A stretch of 63,820 nt of DNA, counting the filler, from Hyphochytrium catenoides (Eukaryota; Protista; Hyphochytriomycota), in the NCBI GenBank assembly GCA_900088475.1. It is 17 parts of 17 records of this genome, joined end to end, with 100 filler letters (N's around TTAATTAATTAA, not from the genome) between each part and the next. Parts side by side here need not be neighbours in the genome. Positions count along the whole stretch, not along the records: positions 23,689 to 28,312 come from FLMG01001291.1; positions 28,413 to 29,847 come from FLMG01003129.1; positions 29,948 to 32,711 come from FLMG01003748.1; positions 32,812 to 35,630 come from FLMG01004593.1; positions 35,731 to 42,784 come from FLMG01000998.1; 12 more parts are not named here. One strand, written 5' to 3'. Both the position numbers and the translations under genes were made by a program. Every line of letters begins with the position of its first letter. Position 1 is the first letter of the stretch. The notes beneath the pieces are model-generated. The model saw only the letters and a program-made list of their open reading frames with translations, was not told the DNA's origin and ran no database searches. Below are positions 24,423 to 35,767 of this stretch, one piece after another.

Positions 24423-25550
24423 CTATGAATCCTTTTTGATGTTCTCTCTCTTGTGATTGTTGAGAGCAGTCCAGCTGATCACACCATTTCCCAAGTAGAA
24501 AACAAAGCCGCTGGTTGATTTTCTCTCATTTCGGACAACCAGCCCAATCTGCATCAGAGAGCGTTTAAGAAGCAGATCTCGAGAGAACCCAAGAGAGAGA
24601 GAGATTGTTCCTCGTAGATAGCGCAGAACCCTTTTTGCGCCCTCCAAGTGCCGCTTTCCGGGATTCACCATGAATCGGCTAAGTAGTCCAACCGCATAAG
24701 CAATATCTGGCCTGGTGGCGATCATAGCGTCATCAATTTCTCTCCCATTCTGTGTTCTAGCCGTATATGCTCCGTGCAAATCACCCCTACACACACCCTA
24801 CTCCAAACTTTTTCCCTCTTCTCCATCATTTTTCTAACCCTGTTCGGCGAACTCTATCCTCAGTCCAATTCTGTTGGTGCTCTTTGCCTCCTGTGCTGTT
24901 CGTCTTTATGTCTTTTTTTATCCTGTATGCAACTGCTTAACCCATTTCCTTTCCTCACTTTTTATAAAGTCCCTTTCTCTTTCCCACCCCCTTGACTCGT
25001 CTGCCTACTCTATATGCTATATATGCTTTATATGTCAGTGCCTCCTATTTCCCCCCCTTTGCTTCATTCTGCTTATTCTCACACACTTCGTCCTCTACAC
25101 CGTCCCTTTTCTGATGCCACCTCTCTCTTGCTCTTCGTCTTTATCTCTCTTTCTTCCAGTTCGAAATTGCCCTCCTATTCTCTTCCCTAACTTTTAGACT
25201 GCTCATTTGGTTTTTTCCCGTCGGTTTGACTCAGGTCTTCGTGTCGTACATGCTCATCAACCGTACTTTGAGATTTAACCTTTCTTTTTCTCCCTCCTAT
25301 GTTTCCGCTCCTGCTTCCCTATACCGCTTTTCTCCAACTTTATACGCTGTGCAAATCCCTTTTGTTGTTCTTTATCTCCTTCCTCGTCTACTCTTGGTCT
25401 ACATCTCTCTTTTACCCTATTGGTAACTGCTCTCTCTTGCCATTTTCTAATAGTTCTATACTTAACTTTGCTTTTCCTGTTTCCTTGACTCTTTTCTTCT
25501 GTCCTACATGCCTTTCACTACCCGTACTTTGATCTTTCACCTTATTCTCC
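24423..25550 (-). mobile_element. Ty1/copia pol remnant: decayed integrase joined by deletion to RT end/RNase H start
   Basis: MIATRPDIAYAVGLLSRFMVNPGKRHLEGAKRVLRYLRGT...RKSTSGFVFYLGNGVISW (24730-24470); upstream 'HQQNWTEDRVRRTGLEK' resembles integrase PQQNGVAERxNRTLxEK. Confidence 0.85.
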
Positions 25551-28535
25551 CTCACTCCTACTTCTATATCTCCTACAGGCAAAGAAAATGGAGGTAGTAG
25601 GGGAGAAGAAGCGGAAACCTCTGTCCTTGGGTCGAGTAAGGGAGAAAGATGACCCACCGTTACTTTCCTTTGTTCCTTCTTCTACTCTTGCATCTTTTAT
25701 TCATTTACTCATGCATCCTCCATCTCTCTTCGCTTTCCGTGTAACGTATTCTCGTTGCTAAGCGTCGGGCAAGCGGGCCGAAGATGACTCGAAGAAGAAG
25801 AGAGGACAAAGAAAGTGTTATTGTATTGAAAAGGAATATAAATATCTGGAGGGAGAAGAAACGGAGGTACCGAAGAGACAAGGAGTGGAGGAAGGGGTAC
25901 GTCGTCAATTGACTCTCTCTCTCTCTCTACTAACGTTTTCTCAACTTCCTTATCTGCCAGAAATAGATCTCATGAACCATTGCACTCTTACATGTTATAG
26001 GCGATAGAGGGAAAAAGGGAGAAAGACATCAAGGAGCACTTGAAGGAGCGAGAACAATAGAGAAACAGAGATAACAGACAGGACATTCCTGTGTCTCCTG
26101 AGTGGTATCGTTAGAAGAGCAAGGAGGTGCCTCACCAAGACCTAAACTAAGGAGATGACATGCTCTTCTGTTACGGCATATAGACAATGGCAGAAAAAGA
26201 GTACCTGACTCTCACTTCATTGTCGAGCAGAGCTTCAATGTTCTCTGTTCCCCTATTTCTAATCTTTCCTTCATAGCTCTGTCGCTCTTCTCCTTGGCTT
26301 GTAGTCCGTAATTATCTCTTTCTACTCTCCTCTATTCAATTAAATTCCCCTCTGGCTTCTTAGTTCATTTCAATAATTCTCACTCTCCTCTTTGGTCCTC
26401 CTCTGACTCTTTTCTGCCTCCCTCTATCGGTCTTTATTGTTATTGTTGGCATTTGTTTCCACTTTCTTCCACCATCGGAGGACGATAAGGTTGGGTTCAG
26501 TGCAAAGGTTTTTGGAGATAAGACCGATGGCATATTGAGTCTAGATTTGCCCTTCCCTGTCTGAAGCCCTCTGGGGAGGACAAATCTCCTCCTTCCGCCG
26601 TCCCGATTGCTTGCAGGAGTTCCTACCGGATCTGTCTCTGTTCCTGTTTTTCTCGTTTTGTCTCTCACCCCCCTCTGGTGTGATGGCTTAGACCCAAGTA
26701 GCTAATAGGCTCGAGTCAACTTTCTCTCCTCCGATAGAAGAGAAAGAACAACGTAGGACTGAGAATTAGCATGAGAAGCAGGCAACTCTAAGTATACGAT
26801 CTGGATAATGCTGTGGGGTGTAATAGCTTGGGATCAAGGGCAGCTAAGAAGCACGGCATCTGTAACAGGCCTATCCAGAGGCCGTCAGCAATGTGTAGTC
26901 CATAGGCTGCAGTAGGAGGCAGCAAGTCTTCTGCAGGAGACAAGAAGAGGCAGGAGGCAAAAGCAGGAAGCCAGAGGTCGGAGCCAGTAGGGCCAGAAGC
27001 GGCCAAAAGGGACGCGAAGTCGAAGGGGGCAGCAGAGGCAGTAGGAAGTAGTAGGACGCAAGGAAACAACAAGAAGCATAAGATAGAGGTAGTAAGCCTC
27101 CAACCGCCTTGCTGCCTGCCGGCTCGTGGTCCTCCCTCCCATTCTTCTCCTGCTTTTGCTACCTCAGGAAGCAGCTGCGCCGGACAGAAGGAATCAAAAG
27201 CAGCAGCAGCCGGAGGCAGTAAGGTAACAGCTGAAGACAGAAGGCAGCACCAGGAACGCGGAAGAAAAAAGGGCCACCGGGAGCTTGCTCGCTCGCTCTC
27301 GTTCTCTGTCAACCTCATCCCGCACTCCAGGCAGTCTCCCGGTTCTAAATCTCTTTCTTGGCGCTCTCATTCTCGATGCCTCTATCCCTCCTGTTCTCGC
27401 CATTGTGCAGTCTCTCCGTCCGCCATCCATTATTCTCTCCAACCGGGTGACTTCCGTACGGCGGGGAAGCTGAGTACGTTGAGGGATCCGGTTCCTCTTG
27501 CTCTCTCTCACTCTCTCCCTTCCCTCTCTCTAGTGTACACTAACTTTTCCTGGTCTATTATCCATCCAGGAGGAGGCAGCCAAAAAGCGAGAAAGCCTCA
27601 CTGAATGAGGTGTTCTTTCCATTTCTCTTTCTTCGGTTCTCCCTCCCCGCTAGATCTATTGTTGAGGAAATATGCATGTCTTGAGAAGAGGAGAGAGAGA
27701 GGGGAAAGGAAGAAAGAGAGAGGAGAAAGAGCACGGACGTTTATCTTTTTTTGTTTCTTCGTCTTCCTGGTACATTTGAACTCTCTCTCTTTTCGTCTTC
27801 TCTCTTTGCCCGGCCGACGTTTCCCGCAAGAGGGATGAAACCGGTTAGGATGACGAGAAAGAAGTGTAATAGAAGAGACCAAGGAGGGCTCGAGAGAGAG
27901 AGTGAGAAGGTGCTAGTCTGTACTTTGGCTGGCAGGGCCTCAGTTCCGACAAGCACCACACAGAGGAAGATTTCTCGGGAAACCGCGCGAGTAACTAAGT
28001 GCCTTTTACTTCAGACAGAAGATTATTTACTCCCTTACAGAGGTGAGAAAGAGTCTCCCTTACTAGAGAGTCAGTCTACCTGAGAATGCAAAGATAGAAG
28101 TATTGACCTGCGAGAGAGGTTGCGTCAACAGGCTATCCTAACAACATGCAAAGAGAAAGAGAGCAGAAGGGAAAAGAAAGAGATCATTCGCCCTCAGAGC
28201 CATTCCTTGACTCTTCGAGTCAGGGCTACCCGTCCTGAAAGTACTCTCGAAAAGGAGAGGTGTAATATGAGAAACTGATGCAGATCTCAAGAGAGTGAGA
28301 GAAAGAAGGTGCNNNNNNNNNNNNNNNNNNNNNNNNNNNNNNNNNNNNNNNNNNNNTTAATTAATTAANNNNNNNNNNNNNNNNNNNNNNNNNNNNNNNN
28401 NNNNNNNNNNNNTTCGCCGAGTCTATCTCTATCTCGCTACTTATAGATGATAGATGGGCTTCCTCTTCATACTGCCTCCCCTGCCAGCGTCTCTATCCAG
28501 AAGTGTCCTTAGCTCACCCTGTTCCCTCGTTGCAG

Positions 28536-29105
28536 ATCTTTTATTCATTCTTCAAGACGTTAGTGGGCAAGGAGGTCGCTGTAGAGCTCAAGAATGATGT
28601 TGCCATCACCGGTACATTGCACTCTGTAGACCAATATCTAAACATTAAGCTCCTCGACTGCCAAGTAGTAGACGCGGACAAGCACCCGCAGCTGGTAAGG
28701 CGTCCCTATGACTGACTAGAATATAGAGAGGAGCGGTTCGGACCTGGGCCAATTAGGAAAGAGGAAGAGGATGGAAGGATTCTCTGTTCCTCACCTAAGC
28801 TCTTACATCATTCCTCTCTCCGCACTCACAACCCCTATGATCGCTGGGGTCTGTCACTATTTCTTTCTCTCTCGTGTTATGTGTTGTTCTCTGTCTCTCT
28901 TTCTCTTTTCCTTCTTCCCTTTCTCTCTCTCTCTGTCTCTCTCTCTCCTTTCTCAATGTTCAACCGTACTCTTTCTCCTTAGGCCGCCTTAAAGACATGC
29001 TTCATCCGAGGTTCCGTGGTCCGGTATGTTCACATCCCTGCCAGCGAAGTGGACACAGAGCTCCTCCAAGATGCGGCGCGAAGAGAGTCCAAGGCCCAGC
29101 GATAG
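28536..29105 (+). CDS. LSM2: U6 snRNA-associated Sm-like protein LSm2
   Basis: IFYSFFKTLVGKEVAVELKNDVAITGTLHSVDQYLNIKL...HPQL|AALKTCFIRGSVVRYVHIPASEVDTELLQDAARRESKAQR*; initiator ATG exon presumably lost in the gap. Confidence 0.96.
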
Positions 29106-30545
29106 GAACCTCGTCTTCTATCTCGCCCTTTGCTGGATCTACCTGGGTTACTGCTATCCCTCCGGACACTCTCGCCGCTCGCTCTTTCTCTCCTTCTATA
29201 GTTTCGGCTTCCCAACCGACCCTTGCTATCTATCTTCGTTCTCTTTTCTTTCGCTGTCTCTCTCCCCGATAGGACCTCGGATCCTAAGGAGGCTGACCTC
29301 CGTTTAGTAGCAGAGAAGATATTGCTATGATCCTATAAACCCGCTATAAAGTACAGTTAGACGATTTCATTCCCCTTCTCTTTCTCTGTTTTCTGAACAG
29401 TTACGCTTCCCTCATTCTACCTTCCCATGCACCTATGAAGCCAATCTCTCTGGCGAGACGGAGGCACCCTGCTGGGAGGAACTTGAGACCAGAGAGATGC
29501 TGAAAAATAGAGCTACCTTGTGCTTGTTACGCTATAGGTCACTGCAGGCCAGGTCAACAATGGAGAGAGACTAGAGGGTCAGCCTTATAAAAGTGGACAC
29601 ATTGCTTTCAAGATGATTCTTCCTAATGAATATGGCTTTATTAGCAGTAACTATTGGGGAGAAAGGGAGAATAGACAGCCCCCGCCCGCCGAAGCACTCA
29701 AGCCTCAAGACTGACAGCAGCGAGCCCGAGAGGGTGCGAGATATAGATAACGTTTGATTGGCACGTCATTGTGAGCGAGCCCGAATGGCGAGGAGATATC
29801 CTAACATGTGTCGCTTAGAAGCACTTCCTGTGGACGATGGAAGGTCCNNNNNNNNNNNNNNNNNNNNNNNNNNNNNNNNNNNNNNNNNNNNTTAATTAAT
29901 TAANNNNNNNNNNNNNNNNNNNNNNNNNNNNNNNNNNNNNNNNNNNNTTGATGATTCTGGGGGCTTGATATAGGTCTTGATGATGAGAATGGAAAGAGAA
30001 ACGGACAGTAGTAGCTTTGTGTCCGTAGGATTTGAAGTTCTTCTTGCCTTGATAAATTGGACGATATCTCCAAAACGAAGCGGTTTCAGAAGGAAATAAT
30101 GGCACCAATGGACTCAGCGATGCCGGTTTAACCCCCTGTCACTCTTTGAAAGCTCCGAAAAGAGGTGATTTTGGGCCGATATCGTGCCTGAAACTTTCCC
30201 TCTAAAAAGTGCTCATATGGCTGAAATTTCCGTTGTAGGGGTTGAAATTTATACCGACATTTTGGATGAAACTTTTCAATGTTTGAATGTTTCCGCGAGG
30301 TTTTTGTGGAAATATTCCCGAAAGTTTCAATGAAACAGGATTGCGGTTAAAGCTATATGACTGTACCGGTAGCCGGTACTGGCTAGTTGTTTTGGAAGCC
30401 GGCGAAATCGGGTAGCCGTTATTGCCCAGTGGAGCTCGTTGGCTGCTCCAGGGGGCCGACTTGATCTTGGTCTCGGTCGGAATCGCATTGTCCAGTGATT
30501 GGCTCAGAGGCCTCAGAACAAGTTTCCGAGTCCTGGGGGACGCGT

Positions 30546-30881
30546 GGGCCCATAACCTGTTGGATTTGTATAGGATGATTGGACAATGTCATTAGATGAG
30601 AGTGCTCGACTTATAAGCCCAACTGGGGTCCCATAATCTAGAGCTATTCTGACTATGCCAACTATTACGAATAAACCCTAAGATATGGAGTTATAGAGAT
30701 ATCCCTGTCTAGAATAGTCAGTCTTGAAGGTATTCAGGGGTACTGACCATAAGCCATAGATATAAACAGGGACATTTCGTTTGCTTCATATCTCGGCTTC
30801 TACTGGGAGTTTAGAGCTGAAACTTGGGCAGTTAAGCTTGCCAGCTTGTAGTCCACATAGCTGTGCCCTCAGACTCCAACA
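30546..30881 (-). mobile_element. 5' LTR (family C, 324 bp) plus primer-binding site of a copia element
   Basis: Minus strand TGTTGG...CCAACA (30881-30558) followed directly by GGTTATGGGCCC, the copia-type PBS matching an internal segment of initiator tRNA-Met. Confidence 0.88.
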
Positions 30882-31028
30882 GATATGCCCTTGAATTGTC
30901 TGTGTAAGGCTTTGACTTTGGGTCTATTTTCTGCCTCTTCGAGTCCGGTACGAGTGCATAGGCAAGACAACCAAAGACACGGAGATGACTAATGTCCAAT
31001 TTGGCATTGAACCATTTTTCATAGGGAG

Positions 31029-31355
31029 TGTTGGAGTCTTAGGGCACAGCTATGTGGCCTACAAGCTGGCAAGCTTAACTACCAAAGTTTCAGCTCTAAA
31101 CTCCCAGTAGAAGCCGAGATATGAAGTGAAGGAAATGTACCTGTTTATATCTATGGCTTATGGTCAGTACCCCAGGATACCTCCAGGACTGACTATTCTA
31201 GACAGGGATATATCTCTATAGCTCCATATCTTAAACTATATTAGGAATAGTTGGCATAGGCAGAATAGCTCTAGTTTATGGGACCCCAGGTTGGGCTTAT
31301 AAGTAGAGCACTCTCATCTAATGACATTGTCCAATCATCCCATACAAATCCAACA
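31029..31355 (+). mobile_element. Solo LTR, family C (327 bp), TSD GGGAG
   Basis: TGTTGG...CCAACA flanked by GGGAG at 31024-31028 and 31356-31360; aligns along its length with the inverted copy at 30558-30881. Confidence 0.92.
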
Positions 31356-31379
31356 GGGAGTTGCTCCATGTAAGGCGCT

Positions 31380-31813
31380 TGTTGGGGAGAGATTACCTAC
31401 ATATGCAGCCGTTAACAAAGCTTCACTCAAAAAGGAGGGCGGTAGCTTGGCAGCATGTAGCATGCACCGGGCAGACTCTGATGAACTTTTCAGAGCTGGG
31501 TGGCAATGCCTGAAGCTTCTGTATGAGCATAATCTAGATGCAATGATAACAAAGGGACTCGGTATTGATGTGTGTGGAGATTTCTCTGAATGATCACTCA
31601 GTCCTGAGAGCCTGGTCTGGACTCGAGATCTTTTGCTCGGCCCAGCTTCCCTCATCATCTCTCTCTCCTCTGCTGCTCCTGTGTTCTGGAAATTCTTCTC
31701 ACATCCCTCTTCCCCATAACACAGGTGTACCCGTAACGTCTATGTCCCTGAGAGCTAGGTGTGTATAGAGAGTGACTACTGTACTACTGACAACGAACAT
31801 AGTAGCACTCAAC
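31380..31813 (-). mobile_element. LTR, family A (~434 bp), abutting a further family C LTR end (31814-31845)
   Basis: Minus strand starts TGTTGAGTGCTAC, matches 59325-59667 over ~340 bp, and plausibly ends ...CCCCAACA at 31380; flanks do not form a TSD. Confidence 0.78.
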
Positions 31814-32811
31814 ACATTGTCCAATCATCCCATACAAATCCAACAGTACCTCTGTGCCAAGGATGAATGGGGTACAGAGCCGAGATCAGGTGTTTCACCA
31901 CAGTCCTCATACTCGTCGACTTCCAAGCTTGTATCTGCGTCTGCTGCGGTTGTAGGGTCTAATGCCTCCGATGCTTCCGAGGAGTCTTCAGAGTACTGTT
32001 CACTGTTCGAATAATCACTGCGTTCGGAGTCTTGGACTTGATCACTTGCTTGGTGCGTTCCTAAGGAAGAATGTTTTTTTGGGATCTTCTTCCTGGGACT
32101 GATTCCCCACGGTATCCCCTGGGATATCATTTGGGTCGGGGTTGTCAGAGTTCTCCCCAAGCTCCTCAAAAATATCATACAGCACTGACGACCATAAGCC
32201 GTAGATATAAATTGGGACACATAGTTCCGTGTTCCCCGCACTTGGATGGCTTGAGGGCTTGGGGACTTGCCTTACCTGCCCGGTTACTCTTTGTCTGACT
32301 TGGGTCCATATTTCGATGGACATTGTTTGGTGCTCTGGTTTAGGCCAATTTAGTGTTCCCGCTTCAGATCGTCGGTTCCACTCCACTCTGCTCTTCTCAG
32401 AGTGGCTGCGATAGGGGAGAAGACGCTCTTGCTGGTGCACTTGCTGGTGCCATGTGGTCTAGTAATATGGGTATGGCTTGCTCTTCTCGGTCACGGATGT
32501 AAAACGTTACGTTCTAGCATTAGGTTGTTCGTTCGTCCTACCATTGAGGCTTCCATTCGTTCAGGGTTCGTGTATTGATATCCTGTCCCCCCATGCTCTC
32601 AGCGCCGCCCTACTTACTACTTGGTCGCAGTGCTACGTGTAGCTTTCCTCCCAGCTCTTCTATGTGTCGGTCCCAGAAGGCTGGCATCCCTACTCCACGT
32701 CCTGCCTTCTTNNNNNNNNNNNNNNNNNNNNNNNNNNNNNNNNNNNNNNNNNNNNTTAATTAATTAANNNNNNNNNNNNNNNNNNNNNNNNNNNNNNNNN
32801 NNNNNNNNNNN

Positions 32812-35630
32812 ACAGTAGGGTCATGTCAGCCCTTTGACCCGAAAGAAAGTCCTATCGTCGTGAAGAACACTCTTAGAGAGCTGTTCGCTAAACAGAGTCT
32901 ATCTGGCGTGTACAATGCAAGAGATTGGCTAGAGAAAGGGGAGTGACTGTGCCATTGTGTGAGAGCAAGGGAGAAAGAACGGCAAAGAGATACCTCCAAC
33001 AACTGCTCAACGAGCCCTCCACGGTCCAGCACTTCCTCGACATAGCTCCTGGCTTCTCCCGACCAGTCATAGGGCATGTAGTGCTGCGCCTCCTGCTCCA
33101 AGCCCGAAAGACCACACAGAGCATTCACCTCTTTCTCTACATCTTCGTCTTTCACTGTCAGCTCGGAAGCAGGAGTCGAAGGAACGGGCGGTTCTGTCGT
33201 CGCGTCCTCTTTCTTCCCTGTTTCCTGCGGCAAGTCCTCTATCGGCTCTTCTATCACTCCATCCAGGTTCTTTTCCTCCCCGGCCCCGGCCCCGTCTACC
33301 TCTGTCTCTTCCTCTATTGCAGACGGAACTAGTGGAGGAGGGATACTTTTGAGCGCTCTTTCTTCCTCTTGCCCTTTCGAAGTCATAGAAGAGGGAGCTA
33401 GTTCTGATAGCAGTTCTCTCAGAATAGCGTCACTTACTCTCTCAACGAGTTTAATACGGCTGTAATCCCCGTCTTTCTTCAGATCCTGCCCAGAAACAGT
33501 CGAGCTAGGAGATTCCAACAGCTGAGAAGAGAAGGGTTGGAGCGAAGTCTGTGGGAGAGCTTTCGGAACCTCCAGAAACTTAAGAGTCTTTGAGACATCC
33601 CGTGGCACTGCCTGCTCTATCACATCATAGCCGTCCAAAGAAGCTTCTGGTGTTACTCCTGATTCTTTTCCTCTCTCTTGGATACCTGCTCGTCCTTCGT
33701 CCTGTTCCTCCCTAGGTAGTGGGTCTCGGATGGCGAGAAAGAGAGAGTCTACTGCATTGTAAGAAGGACCGACGTGGGTAAGGGGAAGAGTCTGAAGAGC
33801 GGCAGGAGAGAAAGAGTGATCTACTTCTGCCTCTTCACATTTCATTGCAGGCACGTTTGGGCCTGGTGAAGTTAAGACAATCCTTCCAGATGCTGGTAAA
33901 GAGAAAGACGACGACTGTTCACTCTTCGATGAATCGCTTCTCTCTTCATATGCTGAAACTTGGCGTTGCGCTAGCTCGATTAGATCAAATGCCCTTAGAT
34001 CCTCTATCTCTTCCCCTCGGTGGTCGAGTCCCTCTTCGTGGCTGCGATCTACTACGTTCTGAACGAAGGATAGGTCCTCGTGCTCATTGAAATGCGTCCC
34101 TGACCGGGCACCTTGGTGCGCTTCAACATTCGACCTGGTCCCTTTATCCTGCATAGCACTCGCTCCCACTTGTGCTGCTTCTATGAAGTCAAAAGCGTCA
34201 AGTGTTTGGACCACCTGCCCGTAGAACGGAGGGGGGTTCGACGAGATGCCTTCATTGTTCACTACGATTGGACTATCGTCCTTGATCGCCCCATCAGTGG
34301 GTTTAGAGTCCAGAAAGGCCGAGCCCNNNNNNNNNNNNNNNNNNNNNNNNNNNNNNNNNNNNNNNNNNNNNNNNNNNNNNNNNNNNCAGCTGTTCTAAGG
34401 TGAGAGCAGGGGCAGGTGTGTTCTTATCGTTGGGGAGAGATAATTGTGAGCTGAGCGTGGCACTAGCGAGAAGAGGAGGGATAGCGCTTTCCACCAGGTC
34501 ATAGCTGTCCAGAGAGTCTAGCAGATGAGGGATCACCGACGGAACAGAAGAGGAGGCACTGGGGCCCATCACGCTCTCAATAATGTCAAAGCTTTCCAGA
34601 TTCGTTTGTTCTTCTGGCTGGCCAACACTTCCTTCTCCTTTCGAGGGCTGCTCTTCCCTTTGGATCCCTAGCTCTCCCTCAGTAACACCATGGGCCAACT
34701 GAAACTCTTCAGTGTCTGAAGAATCCAATTTCCTTAGCACATCTACCTCATGTACTGGAGTTGAACCCGCTTTCCTTTCCTCCTGCACCTGTCGGCGGGC
34801 TAGACTGGCTTTGTCCTCTCTCTCCCGCTCCTCTTCTCTTCCAGCACCCGGAGGTAGGGTGTCGAATTTGTCCATCATCTGCTCATGGCGGTTTTCCATG
34901 ACCTCTGCCTCCGCTACCGTTTCCACTTGTCTGTCAATCTCTGCGTCTTCCTTAATCTCTCCGTCAGGTTCATCACCCGCCTCCTTTCTCCCTTCTCCTT
35001 CCACTCTGGCTCTCCTGAGCCGTTCTTGGTCTGCCAGTATGTCCTGATAATCTTCCAAGCTGAGGTCTTCTTCATCTTCATCCTGAGGATAGAGCACTCG
35101 GACTGTCCAAGACTGTGAGAGCGCTAGCGACGGAGAGGAACTGAGAGGAATTGGGCCAGATAGAGCGGTCACGATGCCTTCGAAGATGCCAAAGCCTTCG
35201 AATTCCTTTAAGAACCGCTCACCCACGACAGGGAGAGGAGGTGTACTTATTCCCTTAACTCCAATTTGTTCCTCTTTCGCTGAAGTAGTCAAGANNNNNN
35301 NNNNNNNNNNNNNNNNNNNNNNNNNNNNNNNNNNNNNNNNNNNNTCATTGTCGTTCTGTTCTACTTGGGGGCCCGGAGGCACTGTCCTGGCAGGAACGCT
35401 TTTCTCTATACTGTTCTTTGGCGCCTCATTGTCGGTGAGGGAGGGGGTTTCTCTCTCCCTCTCAAGGAGTACATTGTGTGTCTCCTTAGAGAAGAGAACA
35501 CTCGCCTCTCTCTCTCTCTCTGACGTTATCACGGTTTCAACCACATCAAAGGCTTCAATCGTCTCGGACGAGGCAAAAGGAACGTTGCCTTCTTCCGTTT
35601 CGTTGTCTCTTCTCTCCGTTCTCTTATGCA
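32812..35630 (-). CDS. Internal part of a very large acidic, low-complexity protein with a Tudor-like domain and six repeated short motifs
   Basis: Long open frames either side of N-gaps (413 and 478 aa ORFs); VVGERFLKEFEGFGIFEGIVTAL...VRVLYPQDEDEEDL (PTM/DIR17-type Tudor-like); helix VERVSDAILRELLSEL. Confidence 0.75.
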
Positions 35631-35767
35631 NNNNNNNNNNNNNNNNNNNNNNNNNNNNNNNNNNNNNNNNNNNNTTAATTAATTAANNNNNNNNNNNNNN
35701 NNNNNNNNNNNNNNNNNNNNNNNNNNNNNNTCTCTCTCTCTCTCGCTCTCTCTCTCTCTTTTCACAG

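Noticed and set aside
26480-26560. Aspartic-protease-like 'TDGILSLD' motif
   Set aside because: Short motif in stop-ridden sequence with no catalytic DTG/DSG nearby; not enough to call.
30558-31355. Foldback/MITE element with 325-bp terminal inverted repeats
   Set aside because: Each arm is an independent TG...CA LTR: one has its own TSD (GGGAG), the other a PBS; no TSD flanks the pair.
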